Of a stretch of DNA of 64,000 nt, positions 29,346-38,449 are shown in pieces (position 1 is the stretch's first letter; every line of letters starts with the position of its first letter). The translations under genes and the position numbers were made by a program. The notes beneath the pieces are model-generated. The model made no database searches. It saw only the letters and a program-made list of their open reading frames with translations, and was not told the DNA's origin. The DNA is from an uncultured Chromatiales bacterium (GTDB lineage Bacteria; Pseudomonadota; Gammaproteobacteria; SZUA-140), in the NCBI GenBank assembly GCA_964388175.1, contig CAYLYS010000001.1:908-64907 (forward strand), written 5' to 3'.

Positions 29346-30071
29346 TTGGTGGATTTAGGCGGGGAATCGCAGCGACATAGCCCGAAAGTATTAGGGCGGG
29401 ATCCGCCTGAGTTAATGCGAAGCGCCGCCGACTGGATCGACGCCAACCAGCTCGGGCGGCGCAATCTCACGCCGGATGCGTTCAAGCTGCTGCTGGGGAG
29501 AAGGTATAACCGGGCGAAGAAGGCGCAGACGGATGGCGGCAAAGGCACCGCCAAGCAAACCGTAGATCAAATTGATCCACGGTTATCCACCGCTCAGTCA
29601 CTCGCCCAAACCCACGGCGTCAGCGAAGCGACGGTGAAGCGGGCCGGCTACAAACTCATGCAGGACGATCGCATCTAGGCCGTCATCGAGCAGGGGCGCG
29701 CCGAGCTCCTGGAAGAGCTGAAGATGGAGCGTGACACCATCGCTCGGGAGATGGCCGCGCTCGGGTTCGCCAGCATGGGGGATTACATCGAGATCGATGC
29801 GGACGGCTCTCCCCGCTTCAAGCTCGGCGAGCTGACGCCAGCGCAGCTCCGCGCCATTCAGGAGATCATCATCGAGGAGCCGGCGACCGGGGGCCGGAAG
29901 GTTCGCCTGAAACTCCATGACAAGCGCGCTGCTCTGGTGGATCTGGCCAAGCTGCTCGGGTTTCACCGCGAGGTTTATCTGTACGGCCAGGCCTCGGGGC
30001 AGGGCGACGCGCCGGCGGTGCCGTGGATCGTTCAGCCTGTCGCGCCGGCGCCGGGCGCTGGCCCACGCTAA
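29346..30071 (+). pseudogene. terminase small subunit (Terminase_2/P27 family) interrupted by in-frame amber codon
   Basis: ORFs 29346..29678 and 29724..30071 share one frame, separated by TAG at 29676-29678. Read through, the product shows an HTH (GVSEATVKRAGYK) and the C-terminal motif GGRKVRLKLHDKRAALVDLAKLLGF typical of TerS. Confidence 0.55.
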
Positions 30072-30227
30072 CTTCGGCTGGTCATCCCGGGTGTCGGAGG
30101 CGGGTGGCCTCGGTTATGCGTTAGTCTGTCCCCCCGATTTGTCCTAAAATGCGTTCGTCGGTATGACGGCGTGTGTGCCCATGCTCGGGCAACGAGTTAT
30201 ATGGCGGGGATCTGGGGAGGGTGGCAG

Positions 30228-31076
30228 ATGGAAGCGAGACTAAAGCTCAAATACCTCGGCCCAGCAGTTGAAGAAGGGCTAATGGACGTCTATCAGGCGT
30301 CCGCGAACATGATTGCTTTCAGCGAATTCATGGTTGTTGCTGCTAAGGCAGCATATGGGGAGAAAATTGAGGCTCGGGCGGAAGTCGCGGGATTTGGTCG
30401 CGGCTCATTCATTACTCATCTCGTTTTCAGCTTTGCTGGCCCCATAGCTACTATTATTTCTGCTGCGACACCAGACCATCTACTGCGCATTACCAATGAT
30501 GCGTTTCACATATGGAAGCACCTGAGAGGATACCCAGCAAAGACTATCGAGCAAACCGATGGTCAGATGGTAAATGTTACAAACAATGATGGGGATATTG
30601 TTCAGGTTCGTATCGAATCGCTTCAGATCGTATTCAACGAGAAAGCGACGGATGCGGCTGGTCAGTTTGTCAGAGCGCAGCTATCCAATAGTGGTTTTGA
30701 TGGATTGAAGGTTGAGTCTGACAAGGGCGTTGTCGCCGAAGTAGATCAGGATGATGCTAATTCCTTCAGGGCTGTTGTTACGTCGGAATCAATCACGGAT
30801 ACGGCGATGGATGTTACGCTTATTCTTGAGGCGCCAGTGTTCAAGGATGGAAATAAGTGGCGCTTCAGTGATGGGCAAACCTCATTCTACGCCGATATTG
30901 TTGACCGGGAATTTATGGCTCGCGTAGATGCCGGAGAGCTTTTCGGGAAAGGGGACTGGCTGAGGGTTAGTTTAAGGTTGGTTCAGGATCGATCAGGGGC
31001 GAAAATCACGACCGAACGCACGGTGCTCAAGGTTTACGAGCACAGGAGGGGAATGGATCAGAACAAGTTGTTTTAA
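30228..31076 (+). CDS. hypothetical protein, cargo gene A (no recognisable domain)
   Basis: 282 aa, start at MEARLKLKY preceded by a GGAGGG RBS. Lies in the lower-GC block. Beta-rich C-terminal two-thirds. Confidence 0.55.
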   Translation: MEARLKLKYLGPAVEEGLMDVYQASANMIAFSEFMVVAAKAAYGEKIEARAEVAGFGRGSFITHLVFSFAGPIATIISAATPDHLLRITNDAFHIWKHLRGYPAKTIEQTDGQMVNVTNNDGDIVQVRIESLQIVFNEKATDAAGQFVRAQLSNSGFDGLKVESDKGVVAEVDQDDANSFRAVVTSESITDTAMDVTLILEAPVFKDGNKWRFSDGQTSFYADIVDREFMARVDAGELFGKGDWLRVSLRLVQDRSGAKITTERTVLKVYEHRRGMDQNKLF

Positions 31077-31425
31077 GTGCGCCCAGAAGACCGCGTGGCC
31101 GCAGGTGCCGCCGAGCTCGCTGATAGCCGCTTTGGCGAGCTGATCATGTCCTGCGCGTAGTGAAGGCTGGTCAAGGTGCTCGGCCATCGTCGCCAGGGCG
31201 GCGGCGTCGATCAGGTTGCGGTGGGCTCGGTCGTATTCGTTGGATTAGATCGGTGTCGCGCTGACTGTTTCGTCGGTTCCTTCCTTCTAAAGCTTGGCTA
31301 CCGCCGACAATCTTGCCTGCCCGCAATACAGAATAAGAAAATTCGTTGTTCCGGCCGACAATAATCTAAATAAAGAAATTATTGCTTCTCTGGACGTGAG
31401 TGAGGCGATTCTTGTGGGAGGGGGG

Positions 31426-32385
31426 ATGTTATCTAGTGCAAGCTGCCGTCGAATATTCAACGGTTTTATGCGGCGATGCGACAACTTTCTAGATCGACCA
31501 TGGGTAATTTTTCTGGGGCCGATGGTTATAGTCGTGCCTTACAGCTTCTTGCTCGCTTATTTTCAGATTGAACAGTTCCAAAGTGGCGTCCAAAAGCACC
31601 TCCCCTTGATTGCTGGGTTTGTTGACGGAAGCCCGGTTATGATCATTGTGTTGGCAACGATTTACTTTTATTCTTTCCCCGCATTCGATAGATTTGTGCG
31701 TGCGTACAATCGAAATAATGGGATAGATGCTGGTTCGGCCCTTAAGTTATTCAAAGTATTAGAGGAAATTGTTGGCGCCAAAGATCGTCGTTTTGGAATC
31801 ACGACGTCGAAAGTCGTGGCGGGTGAAAACATAAGCCCTGATCAGGCTTTTGATACGATTACCCAACCGCACCAGCAAATAGCTCTTCTAGTACAAGGTG
31901 TTCATACGTTTTTTGACGCAATTAATTCCAAAAACGTAAAGTTGCGAGTCAGTGCGGTTACGATCAGAGATGGAGCGCCCGATTGTTGGTTGTATTACTG
32001 GCCGACAGGTGATCCTCCTCGAACACCAATTGAGATTTTGAGGTCACCTGACAGTAGTATTTGTACTGCGGTTCGTAAGAGAAAGCTTGTCGTTATTGAG
32101 GATAGGCAGAAGGAAACTAGAAATGGCGGCGGGCACGTATGGAAAGACGCTGGCGTTGACGCTGGCGTTGAGGGATCGTTACTATGCTACCCTGTTTGGC
32201 ACCATTATACGACTACGATCCCGTATGTCCTGACTATTGTCGCCGACGAAAAGGGTTATTTTCGCAACGCCCAAGTTGAGCTTTATGAATGGATTCTTCG
32301 GCATTTTGCTGTTCGGATTGGCTTGGAACACAGCTTAGTCCTCCTTAAGGAGAGGGCTTGCGGAGAAGATCATGGCAAAGCTTAA
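31426..32385 (+). CDS. hypothetical membrane protein, cargo gene B (2 N-terminal TM helices + cytoplasmic domain)
   Basis: A GGGAGG RBS precedes MLSSAS. TM1 is WVIFLGPMVIVVPYSFLLAYF and TM2 is VMIIVLATIYFYSFPAF. The ~200-aa C-terminal domain resembles a GAF-like fold only weakly. Lower-GC DNA. Confidence 0.55.
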   Translation: MLSSASCRRIFNGFMRRCDNFLDRPWVIFLGPMVIVVPYSFLLAYFQIEQFQSGVQKHLPLIAGFVDGSPVMIIVLATIYFYSFPAFDRFVRAYNRNNGIDAGSALKLFKVLEEIVGAKDRRFGITTSKVVAGENISPDQAFDTITQPHQQIALLVQGVHTFFDAINSKNVKLRVSAVTIRDGAPDCWLYYWPTGDPPRTPIEILRSPDSSICTAVRKRKLVVIEDRQKETRNGGGHVWKDAGVDAGVEGSLLCYPVWHHYTTTIPYVLTIVADEKGYFRNAQVELYEWILRHFAVRIGLEHSLVLLKERACGEDHGKA

Positions 32386-32557
32386 GCAAATACGCGGTAA
32401 GTCTACAAACAGATCGTCTTCGATGACGGTTCCGTCAATCATTGTGTTGGATGCTGATACGCTTGAATCCAGTCGACGGATCAACGCCAAAAAAATCAAG
32501 AAATCTGTTAAGACTGATTTAGCAATTCTTAGAAAACATAGCTTCCAATCTGGGTAA
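32372..32557 (+). CDS. small basic protein, cargo gene C (61 aa)
   Basis: A GGAGA RBS precedes ATG. Overlaps the end of gene B by 14 nt. Lys/Arg-rich. Confidence 0.35.
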   Translation: MAKLKQIRGKSTNRSSSMTVPSIIVLDADTLESSRRINAKKIKKSVKTDLAILRKHSFQSG

Positions 32558-32760
32558 GCTAATGGGCGAAGAGCTTTAATCTGTATCCTTGATCGTTGCT
32601 GACTCCAGCAATTCCCCGCAGTTCCGTGGACCACTCCTGGACCGCTTGCCCGCAAAAAACGGCCGTAATCGACGACAATTCACCATTGCGACGGGACTGT
32701 AAGGCGCTGATAGTTCTGCGGTATATTGTTGCCTATTAGCGTCGCTTATAGTGCGGCCGG

Positions 32761-32808
32761 GATTTGTAATCAGCCGGTCGGGGGTTCGATTCCTCTCGCC
32801 AGCTCCAA
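32761..32808. repeat. attR: 48-bp direct repeat of tRNA-Thr 3' half
   Basis: GATTTGTAATCAGCCGGTCGGGGGTTCGATTCCTCTCGCCAGCTCCAA is identical to 19115-19162. No 5' half of a tRNA precedes it. Confidence 0.9.
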
Positions 32809-33079
32809 TCTCAAGATCGTTCCGCTGACACAGGAAGTGGCTCAGGCAATGCCGGGCTGCTCTTTCCTATCGCGTTGCTCTCATTGCGGTTTCGCAGGAT
32901 GAAAACGGCGTCGCTGATGATGACGCTGGCTTCCTGGGTGACGGGGTTTGTGCCGGTCAGGCTTGCGGCCTCGTCCGCGGGCGTTTGCTCCGCCGCAGCA
33001 CACTATCTATGATAGCGTCATGTCGAGCGCGCGGGCGGGCCGCGCGGGGTTCGCCGACTGCCTGCAAGCCAGTAGGGAG

Positions 33080-34747
33080 ATGACCACGAGCGCCATGCCC
33101 TTGCCCCTATTCCAGCGACTTTCGCATTCATTCGCACACCTGATCCTGGTGGTCGTGCTGGCGTCTCTGCTCGTCGCCTGCGGCGGTGGCAGCGACAGTC
33201 ATCCACTGATGTGGCAGGGGTCGCCGCCGGTCGGTCTGCTGAAGGATCAGCCGGGAGACGATTCGGCGCCGGCCGTGCATCGCATCACCACGAGCGCCGG
33301 CGTCGGCGGCAGCGTGAATCCGGTGACGACGACCGCCGTCGCCGGCGATGCCAGTCTGCTCACCATCCTCACCGAGCCCGGTTACAGCATTGCGGCGGTC
33401 GAGGGCTGCGGCGGCGCGCTCGTCGCCGGCAATCGCTACCTCACGGCGCCGGTCACGGCGCCCTGTACGATCAGCGCCAGTTTCGTGCTCAACAGTCATA
33501 CCGTGGAAACCTTCGTGCGTTCGGCGCGCGGCGGTTCGACCACGGGCGACGGTGTGTTCGCGTACGGCAGTGAGGTGACGGTGACGGCGGTGCCCGATCC
33601 CGGTTTCGCCTTCGTCGCCTGGACCGATGCTTCGACCCTGATTTCGACCGATCCGGAGTACACCTTCGAGCTGCAGAGCGACCGCTTCCTGTCGGCGAGC
33701 TTCGCCATTGCTTCCAACAGTGCGCGGGTGGCGATGCCGCCAGTAGGCCGGGTGCGCGTGTTCGAGGCCGGCAATGCCCCGGCCGGCGTGCTGTTCGTGA
33801 CCACGGCCGAAATCGCGGTCGGCGACGGTGGCATCGGCCTCTGGCGTTCGGCCGACGGCGGCGTCAGCTGGGAACGCACCGCCGACGTCGAAGCGACGTT
33901 CATCAGCATCGCTTCCGGCGATCCCGGCCTGGTCGTTGCCGGGCATGCCGATGGCTATCTCATTTCGCAGGATGGGGGCGTGACCTGGGCGGCGGGCGTC
34001 ATCGCCGCGCCGGGCAATATCAGTGTGGCGCCGGCAGCGGCTGCTGCGGTGAGCGCCGAGGCCGGTATCTATATGGCCGTTGCCGCCATCGCCGCGCCGG
34101 GGCTTTACCGCTCGTTCGATCTCGGCGCGAGCTGGGAGCGCATCCTCGGACCGGCACCGCCTCTGCCCGCGTCCCACAGCCAGCTGCGCCATGTGGCGGT
34201 TTCCGCCGACGATCCGGCGGTGATCCATGCGCTCACCATCGGCAATCTCAACGCCTGGCGATCGGTCGATGGCGGTGCTTCCTTCTTTTCCATCCGCACG
34301 GGCATCGCCTCGGATCAGCCGCAGGTTTTCGATCCCGGTTTGCGGGCCGATCCGCAGAATGCCGACCGTGTCCTGATCGAAAGCCACATCACGCTAAACG
34401 GCGGCGCGAACTGGACTGCGCTGGTATTGCCGCCGCGCACGGTGGAAATGTTCGATCCGCTCGGCAACGGTCCGTTCGAGGTCGTCGTCGCGCAGGATCG
34501 GGTATCGCCGCGCAACACGGTCTGGTTCGAGGGCAATCTGCTGCGCGTGGCGGGCGATCGCCTGCTGATGTCACAGGACGCGGGCACGTCCTGGGCGGAG
34601 CTGCTGACCCTGGTCGGTCCGGTGGGTACTTTCGATACCCAGCGCCTGTTCCTGTCTGAAGATGCATTGTATCTGCAGCTTAGCGGGGAGCCTGATATGG
34701 TGCAGCGGATCGATCTCCAAGTCATACGCGCCGCCTTGGCGGAGTGA
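33080..34747 (+). CDS. lipoprotein with InlB B-repeat-like domains and a BNR/Asp-box beta-propeller
   Basis: Lipobox LLVACGG. Two GGSV...Y..G..VT.TA.P..G..F..W modules. At least six S-x-D-x-G-x-S/T-W Asp-box repeats. Confidence 0.65.
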   Translation: MTTSAMPLPLFQRLSHSFAHLILVVVLASLLVACGGGSDSHPLMWQGSPPVGLLKDQPGDDSAPAVHRITTSAGVGGSVNPVTTTAVAGDASLLTILTEPGYSIAAVEGCGGALVAGNRYLTAPVTAPCTISASFVLNSHTVETFVRSARGGSTTGDGVFAYGSEVTVTAVPDPGFAFVAWTDASTLISTDPEYTFELQSDRFLSASFAIASNSARVAMPPVGRVRVFEAGNAPAGVLFVTTAEIAVGDGGIGLWRSADGGVSWERTADVEATFISIASGDPGLVVAGHADGYLISQDGGVTWAAGVIAAPGNISVAPAAAAAVSAEAGIYMAVAAIAAPGLYRSFDLGASWERILGPAPPLPASHSQLRHVAVSADDPAVIHALTIGNLNAWRSVDGGASFFSIRTGIASDQPQVFDPGLRADPQNADRVLIESHITLNGGANWTALVLPPRTVEMFDPLGNGPFEVVVAQDRVSPRNTVWFEGNLLRVAGDRLLMSQDAGTSWAELLTLVGPVGTFDTQRLFLSEDALYLQLSGEPDMVQRIDLQVIRAALAE

Positions 34748-34920
34748 AGTGCCGCCAAGGCGGGATTTTCCCGCTTTTTCCCGTTCGTTCCCGTAAATTC
34801 CCGGAAGATGTGGATGCCGTCCGCGTGCACCATGCTGGCGCATGCGTGCCTTGACCAAATGATGGGTAAATTGTATGGTTATTGGTGCGTAATGCAGAAA
34901 TAACTACGGAAGGAGAGTGA

Positions 34921-35031
34921 GTTATGTCAGGTTCCAATCAACGGGATGCCTCCAATGATGACACCGCCGTCATCGTCGGATTGGCGGTCATCACCCTTAT
35001 CGTGACCATCGTTGCAATACTGATTTCCTGA
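34921..35031 (+). CDS. putative small membrane peptide (36 aa)
   Basis: Encodes MSGSNQRDASNDDTAVIVGLAVITLIVTIVAILIS. An AGGAGA RBS lies 7 nt upstream. Absent from the ORF track because of its length. Confidence 0.3.
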   Translation, partial: VMSGSNQRDASNDDTAVIVGLAVITLIVTIVAILIS

Positions 35032-35121
35032 ACGGGTCCGATATCGCGCGTAAAATCGTCGCCGCGCCGTCACGGTTGCTCCATTGCTGGTTTTTCAGAC
35101 AAAGATCATGGAGATGGGGAA

Positions 35122-36033
35122 TCAATCCCGGTTCGTGATCGGCAATACCGGCAGTTCCAGCGCCGCGATCGCCGCGGCGACGGTTTTTACCGCTTTCATG
35201 CGCGGGAATCCTTCCCGTACCGCAATCACCACCCGCCGCACAGGGCGGGGACGTTTGAAATCGATCGCCTTGATCAGTGGGTTGGCATAGGCCGGGGTCA
35301 GCGCCGAGGCCGGCATGACCGATATGCCGATACCCGATGCCACCATGTTTCTTATCGTTTCCAGGGAGTTGCCCTGTTTGCCGGCGGACGGCGGCCGGGC
35401 AAATTCGTGGCAGGCATCGAGCACCTGGTCACGAAAGCAGTGTCCGATACTGAGCAGCAGCAGGTTTTCGTCCGCGAGTTCGTCTACCGCCACGGTCCTG
35501 CGTCGCGCCCAGGCGTGTCCGGCGGGCACGATGACGCGGAACTCCTCTTCGTAGAGCGGGATCAGCTTCATGCCCGGCGCTTCATAGGGCAGGGCCAGTA
35601 TCGCGGCGTCGATCAGACCGCCGCGCAGCATCTGGTCGAGCGTGGCCGTCATGGTTTCTTCGATATCGAGCGGCATCTTCGGCGCCAGTTTGTGCAGGCC
35701 GGCGACCAGTGCCGGCAGCAGATAGGGCGCGATGGTATGGATGACGCCGAGGCGCAGCGGACCGATCAGCGGATCGGTGCCGGCATGGGCGATGGCGCGC
35801 ACGCGTTCGGCCTCGTCCAGCACGCGTCGCGCCTGTGCGACCACTTGTTCGCCGATCGCCGTCACCAGCACTTCCGTCTTGCCGCGTTCGAAGATCTGTA
35901 TCCCGAGTTCGTCTTCGAGTTTCTTCACCGCCGCGCTGAGGCTGGGCTGGCTGACGAAACAGCGCTCGGCGGCGCGGCCGAAGTGCCGCTCGGCGGCGAC
36001 GGCGACGATGTATCTCAGCTCGGTCAGAGTCAT
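35122..36033 (-). CDS. oxyR: LysR family transcriptional regulator OxyR
   Basis: N-terminal HTH LTELRYIVAVAAERHFGRAAERCFVSQPSLS. OxyR-like redox Cys region. Divergent from a peroxiredoxin gene. Confidence 0.8.
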   Translation of the reverse strand: MTLTELRYIVAVAAERHFGRAAERCFVSQPSLSAAVKKLEDELGIQIFERGKTEVLVTAIGEQVVAQARRVLDEAERVRAIAHAGTDPLIGPLRLGVIHTIAPYLLPALVAGLHKLAPKMPLDIEETMTATLDQMLRGGLIDAAILALPYEAPGMKLIPLYEEEFRVIVPAGHAWARRRTVAVDELADENLLLLSIGHCFRDQVLDACHEFARPPSAGKQGNSLETIRNMVASGIGISVMPASALTPAYANPLIKAIDFKRPRPVRRVVIAVREGFPRMKAVKTVAAAIAALELPVLPITNRD

Positions 36034-36174
36034 CCCCGCCTCCGATAGGATTTATCTATCGATCCGATCCTAACATAGTATTGGCTGGCAGTGATGCCGT
36101 TTTCCTATAGTGGACCCACGATTTTGGTCATTGATTCTGGCAATCGACATTCACTCAACGAAGGAGATCATTGC

Positions 36175-36912
36175 ATGTTGCCGAACCACGAAGGAAAGCG
36201 CATTCCCCAGGTCCAGTTCCGCGTACGCAGGGACAACAAGTGGGAGACCGTCTCCAGCGATGACATTTTCAAGGGTCGTACCGTGGTGGTGTTCTCGCTG
36301 CCCGGCGCGTTCACGCCGACCTGTTCGTCCACCCATCTGCCCCGTTTCAACGAGCTGGCGCCGGTGTTCTTCGACAATGGTGTCGATACCATCGCCTGTG
36401 TTTCCGTCAACGACACTTTCGTCATGAATGAATGGGCCAAGGATCAGGAAGCGGAGAACATCACGCTGATTCCCGATGGCAACGGCGAATTCACCGAAGG
36501 CATGGGCCTGCTCGTCGACAAGAGCGATCTCGGTTTCGGCAAGCGTTCCTGGCGCTATTCCATGCTGGTGAAGGACGGTGTGGTCGAGAAGATGTTCATC
36601 GAGCCGGAAAAGCCGGGCGACCCATTCGAAGTATCCGATGCCGACACCATGCTGAACTACATCAATCCCAAGGCGAAAAAGCCGGATCAGGTGGCGATCC
36701 TGACGCGTGAGGGTTGCGAGTTCTGCGCCCGCGCCAAGACGCTGCTCAGCGAGCTCGGCTACAATTACGCCGAAGTGCCGCTGCCGCACACCAAGCGTAC
36801 GCGAGTGATCGGCGCCATCGCGGCAGCGAAGACCGTGCCGCAGGTGTTCATCAACGGTGAGCGCATCGGTGGGCTCGAAGAGCTCGAGCGCTGGGCCAAG
36901 CGTGTAGCCTGA
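36175..36912 (+). CDS. hybrid peroxiredoxin (Prx5-type) / glutaredoxin
   Basis: N-terminal Prx5 domain (PGAFTPTCS) fused to a C-terminal glutaredoxin domain (CEFC active site), as in Haemophilus PGdx. Confidence 0.85.
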   Translation: MLPNHEGKRIPQVQFRVRRDNKWETVSSDDIFKGRTVVVFSLPGAFTPTCSSTHLPRFNELAPVFFDNGVDTIACVSVNDTFVMNEWAKDQEAENITLIPDGNGEFTEGMGLLVDKSDLGFGKRSWRYSMLVKDGVVEKMFIEPEKPGDPFEVSDADTMLNYINPKAKKPDQVAILTREGCEFCARAKTLLSELGYNYAEVPLPHTKRTRVIGAIAAAKTVPQVFINGERIGGLEELERWAKRVA

Positions 36913-36925
36913 AAAAGGAAAGCGC

Positions 36926-38347
36926 ATGAAGCAATATTCCGTTGACGTTGCAGTCATCGGCGCGGGGACGGCGGGTCTCGCCGCCTACCGCGCCGCGACC
37001 GCGGCCGGCAAGCGTGCGGTGATCATCGAGGGTGGTCCTTACGGCACCACCTGCGCGCGGGTCGGCTGCATGCCGAGCAAACTGCTGATCGCGGCGGCGG
37101 AGGCCATGCACGGCCCCGAGCGCTGGCCGGAGTTCGGCCTGCGTCTGGAGGGCAGAGTGCTGGTCGATGGCGCCGCGGTGATGGCGCGCGTGCGGCGCGA
37201 ACGGGATCGTTTCGTCGGTTTCGTTCTCGACAGCGTGGAGAAAATACCCGAGGCGGACCGGATCATCGGTTACGCTCGCTTCGAGGACGATCACACGCTG
37301 GCGGTCGGCGACCATACCCGCATCACCTGCGCCAGTGCGGTCATCGCCACCGGGTCGTCGCCGGCCGTTCCCGCCATGTTGCGCGCGGCGGGCGATCGCC
37401 TGCAGGTCAATGACGATATCTTCGAATGGAAGACGCTGCCGGCTTCCGTCGCCGTGTTCGGTCCCGGTGTCATCGGGCTCGAGCTGGGTCAGGCGCTGCA
37501 TCGTCTCGGCGTGAAGGTGCTGATGTTCGGGCGCGACGGGCTGCTTGGACCGTTCAGCGATCCGGCGCTGCGCGATTATGCGCGTGCGCTGTTCCGCGAG
37601 GAGTTCTATCTCGATACCGATGCCGCGGTGCGCGAGATCCGGCCGGTCACCGGTGGGGTGGCCATCGCCTATCGCGACGACAGCGGCGCCGAGCGCACCG
37701 AGACCGTCGAGTACGTCGTCGCCGCCACCGGGCGCACGCCCAACGTCGGTGGCCTGAGTCTGGAGCATACCGGTATCGAACTCGATGCGCGCGGTGTGCC
37801 GCTGTTCGACCGCCATACCCTGCAGTGTGGCGACAGCTCGATTTTCATCGCCGGTGATGCCAACAACGACGTGCCGCTGCTGCACGAAGCGGCGGACGAA
37901 GGGCGCATCGCCGGTGACAACGCGGCACGTTATCCGGCGGTCGCTCCCGGTCCGCGCCGTACGTCGCTCGCCATCGTTTTCTCCGATCCCCAGATCGCCA
38001 TCGCCGGCGCCTCTTACCGCCAGCTCGTGCCCGGCACTTTCGTCACCGGCGAGGTATCGTTCGAGGATCAGGGCCGCAGCCGCGTGATGCTGCGCAACAA
38101 GGGGCTGCTGCACGTCTATGCCGACAGCAGCAGCGGACGCTTGCTCGGCGCCGAGATGATCGGGCCGGATGCCGAGCATCTGGGTCATCTGCTGGCCTGG
38201 GCGATACAGGCCGGGCTCACCGTCGAGCAGACGCTCGCCATGCCGTTCTATCATCCGGTCGTGGAAGAGGGGGTGCGAACCGCCCTGCGCGATGCGGCGC
38301 AGGCGCTGCTCGAAGCGCAGGCGCAGCCAGGCCGGCGCATCGCCTGA
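36926..38347 (+). CDS. dihydrolipoyl dehydrogenase-family flavoprotein disulfide reductase
   Basis: FAD-binding GAGTAG, redox-active GTTCARVGCMPSK, an NAD(P)-binding GxGxxG motif and a C-terminal dimerisation domain. Confidence 0.8.
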   Translation: MKQYSVDVAVIGAGTAGLAAYRAATAAGKRAVIIEGGPYGTTCARVGCMPSKLLIAAAEAMHGPERWPEFGLRLEGRVLVDGAAVMARVRRERDRFVGFVLDSVEKIPEADRIIGYARFEDDHTLAVGDHTRITCASAVIATGSSPAVPAMLRAAGDRLQVNDDIFEWKTLPASVAVFGPGVIGLELGQALHRLGVKVLMFGRDGLLGPFSDPALRDYARALFREEFYLDTDAAVREIRPVTGGVAIAYRDDSGAERTETVEYVVAATGRTPNVGGLSLEHTGIELDARGVPLFDRHTLQCGDSSIFIAGDANNDVPLLHEAADEGRIAGDNAARYPAVAPGPRRTSLAIVFSDPQIAIAGASYRQLVPGTFVTGEVSFEDQGRSRVMLRNKGLLHVYADSSSGRLLGAEMIGPDAEHLGHLLAWAIQAGLTVEQTLAMPFYHPVVEEGVRTALRDAAQALLEAQAQPGRRIA

Positions 38348-38449
38348 AGCGCGGACCGGCGGGGGCCAATCTCCCCCCCCCCCGCCGCTGGTCCGTCTGT
38401 GCATCCGTGCGCATCCGCCGCTGCGGTGTGGCGTTATACTAATGGCTCT

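Larger units (their letters stand above)
19087..32808. mobile_element. integrated phage-satellite-like genomic island (PICI/P4-like) at tRNA-Thr, bounded by 48-bp direct repeats
   Basis: attL is the tRNA 3' half and attR an identical 48-bp copy at 32761-32808. Gene set: integrase, AlpA-like excisionase, primase, replication ATPase, small terminase. No capsid or tail genes. The cargo block is lower in GC. Confidence 0.85.

Noticed and set aside
32335-32655. 106-aa minus-strand ORF at the cargo/attR boundary
   Set aside because: Overlaps the better-supported plus-strand genes B and C, which have RBSs. No start context or domain signal.
32761-32808. Possible second tRNA gene
   Set aside because: Only the 3' 48 nt (anticodon loop to CCA) are present. 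There is no acceptor 5' strand or D-arm. It is the attR duplication, not a gene.
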